Assembly (NCBI GenBank): GCA_039621445.1 | Contig: CP154954.1 | Location: forward strand, 47,905,847 to 47,969,846 | Source of the DNA: Euglena gracilis | Lineage: Eukaryota | DNA: 64,000 nt | Reading direction: 5' to 3' | In this document: in pieces, positions 63,366 to 64,000 of the stretch | Layout: each line of letters begins with the position of its first letter | How positions within the stretch are numbered: position 1 is the first letter of the stretch | Position numbers and translations under genes: made by a program | Notes under the pieces: generated by a model | What the model was told of the DNA's origin: nothing | What the model saw: only the letters and a program-made list of their open reading frames with translations | The model's database searches: none

Positions 63366-64000
63366 GTTGTGGCACATGACCACGCCATTTCATGATGGTC
63401 GCATTCTTTGCTGCTGCCTGGTTTAAACTTTTGACTTTTGAGAACACCAATCAATCGAAATCGAAGCCAGGATTGGGCAATAATCTGCGATACCTGCCGA
63501 TGTGTGAGCCCCTCTGAGCAGCACTAAGGCTTCTTTTCTGTTTATGGCCTGCGCTAACTTCGCTTCTGGCCCAGTTTGCTGTGTAGTGAGTGGCCACGTA
63601 CCCCTTACACCAGTGCTCTTGTGTTGCTCCGCCTGGCCGGATGAGTAAGTCTGGTGTATTTCCAGTGTGTGTGAGCCCCCCCCCCCCCCGGAACAGTCAT
63701 CTGACAGGTTGGCGAATAACGGCGGCCTTGACAACTTTCCATCATACAGGTTGGCAGTTACTGGGGACCCTGACAATTTCCAGGGAGGTTCTCCTTTTGG
63801 CTTTTGGGAGGGGACAAAAATTTTGGGGTGCCCCCTACTGACTTTCATAATTTGGATATAATCAAATACCAATAATATATCAATTTATTTGTCAACCCCC
63901 GAAATTTTCCCGCAATGCGCAATTATTACCCAAATTGGATCATTTCTCATAAAAAACTGACAGGTTCAACCTTTCAAGCCAATTACATTCGACCTGACAG

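Overview
Eukaryotic, intron-rich genomic DNA, most likely a euglenid such as Euglena. This is inferred from GC-rich exons, CCCTAA repeats, and a mix of GT-AG introns with euglenid-type nonconventional introns whose ends base-pair (+4..+6 with -8..-6, typically CAG/CTG). Almost all listed ORFs are spurious. The real genes are chains of short exons, all on the minus strand: a hypothetical protein (~0.2-5.2 kb), two tandem paralogous multi-pass membrane proteins (~13.3-17.2 and ~19.5-25.9 kb), a Cys-rich membrane protein (~30.7-32.3 kb core), a WD40 protein (45.3-52.0 kb), and poorly resolved exon chains (~37-41 and ~53.7-62.3 kb). Introns and intergenic DNA are packed with non-autonomous TIR elements, satellites and microsatellites. 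Main finding: several short TIR elements with CAG/CAT...CTG/ATG termini are flanked by perfect or near-perfect 8-bp target-site duplications. At least one (32031-32149) sits inside a coding region. The nonconventional-intron geometry (3 nt before the stem + 5 nt after it = 8 nt) removes exactly the element plus one TSD copy and restores the reading frame, suggesting a MITE-driven, TSD-compensating intron-creation system. All splice junctions were deduced by eye without transcript data, and gene ends are approximate.
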